The notes under the pieces: generated by a model | What the model was told of the DNA's origin: nothing | What the model saw: only the letters and a program-made list of their open reading frames with translations | Database searches by the model: none | Origin: Nostoc sp. | GTDB taxonomy: Bacteria; Cyanobacteriota; Cyanobacteriia; Cyanobacteriales; Nostocaceae | Direction of reading: 5' to 3' | DNA length: 64,000 bases | Assembly: GCA_036918135.1 (NCBI GenBank) | Contig: JBALDB010000002.1 | Span: 192,001 to 256,000 of the forward strand | Made by a program: the position numbers and the translations under genes | Shown here: positions 63,738 to 64,000 of the stretch, piece by piece | Position numbering within the stretch: the stretch's first letter is position 1 | Layout of the letters: each line of letters begins with the position of its first letter

Positions 63738-63810
63738 ATATAGCAATCCAATTTGAGTTGTAAAAATTTTCCTGCTGGTCGTCCTTGGGCGTTGTTTAGG
63801 ACTGGTATAG
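63738..63810. repeat. TATAGCAATCC-ended MITE-like remnant
   Basis: ATATAGCAATCCAATTTGAGTTG...TTTAGGACTGGTATAG. Confidence 0.55.
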
Positions 63811-63873
63811 TTTAATTCAGAATCAAAAATCTGTTTTCAAAAGCTTTGAGCATTAGATATTATTTCAACAGTT

Positions 63874-64000
63874 ATGAAACGTCGTGATTTTATTAATTGG
63901 GTAGGTTTAGGTTGGCTAGCGAGTTCTCTACCTGTAGCGATCGCAGCTTGTTCTTCTGGCACCAAGTCAGCATCAACCGATTGGCAAACAATAGGTACAT
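63874..64000 (+). CDS. 5' end of a Tat-exported lipoprotein, probably a Rieske (PetC-like) protein
   Basis: MKRRDFINWVGLGWLASSLPVAIAACSSG: twin-arginine motif and lipobox; divergent from nirA; not in ORF track because truncated. Rieske call is from recalled synteny only. Confidence 0.75.
   Translation, partial: MKRRDFINWVGLGWLASSLPVAIAACSSGTKSASTDWQTIGT

Overview
Chromosomal window from a heterocyst-forming cyanobacterium (Nostocales-like), judged by frequent HIP1 octamers (GCGATCGC), STRR-type heptamer repeats, ndhM, nirA/narB and heterocyst-regulator homologues. It contains housekeeping genes (glutaminase, rlpA, panC/cmk, sodB, purM, ctpB) and a complete Wsp-like chemosensory cluster. That cluster has two MCPs, and its WspR-like receiver is fused to a histidine kinase instead of a GGDEF domain. 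It lies directly downstream of a cobG-cobH-cobI operon controlled by a short cobalamin riboswitch. Also present are a CHASE2 Ser/Thr kinase, a split 5-oxoprolinase, a lipase, and a chimeric-looking RTX protein divergent from a decayed HTH-NB-ARC-WD40 gene. The best candidate for an under-described system is the block PP2C (PrpJ-like) / CHAT-FHA caspase-like protease / apparent PatU3-like protein / FHA-PrsW protease. The window ends with the nirA-nrtP-narB operon, which has a canonical NtcA/NtcB promoter and a 15 x 21-bp tandem array between nirA and nrtP. Many small TIR-bounded and HIP1-inserted repeats occur. No rRNA, tRNA, CRISPR array or transposase was recognised. All homology calls are from motif recognition and recall, not from database searches.
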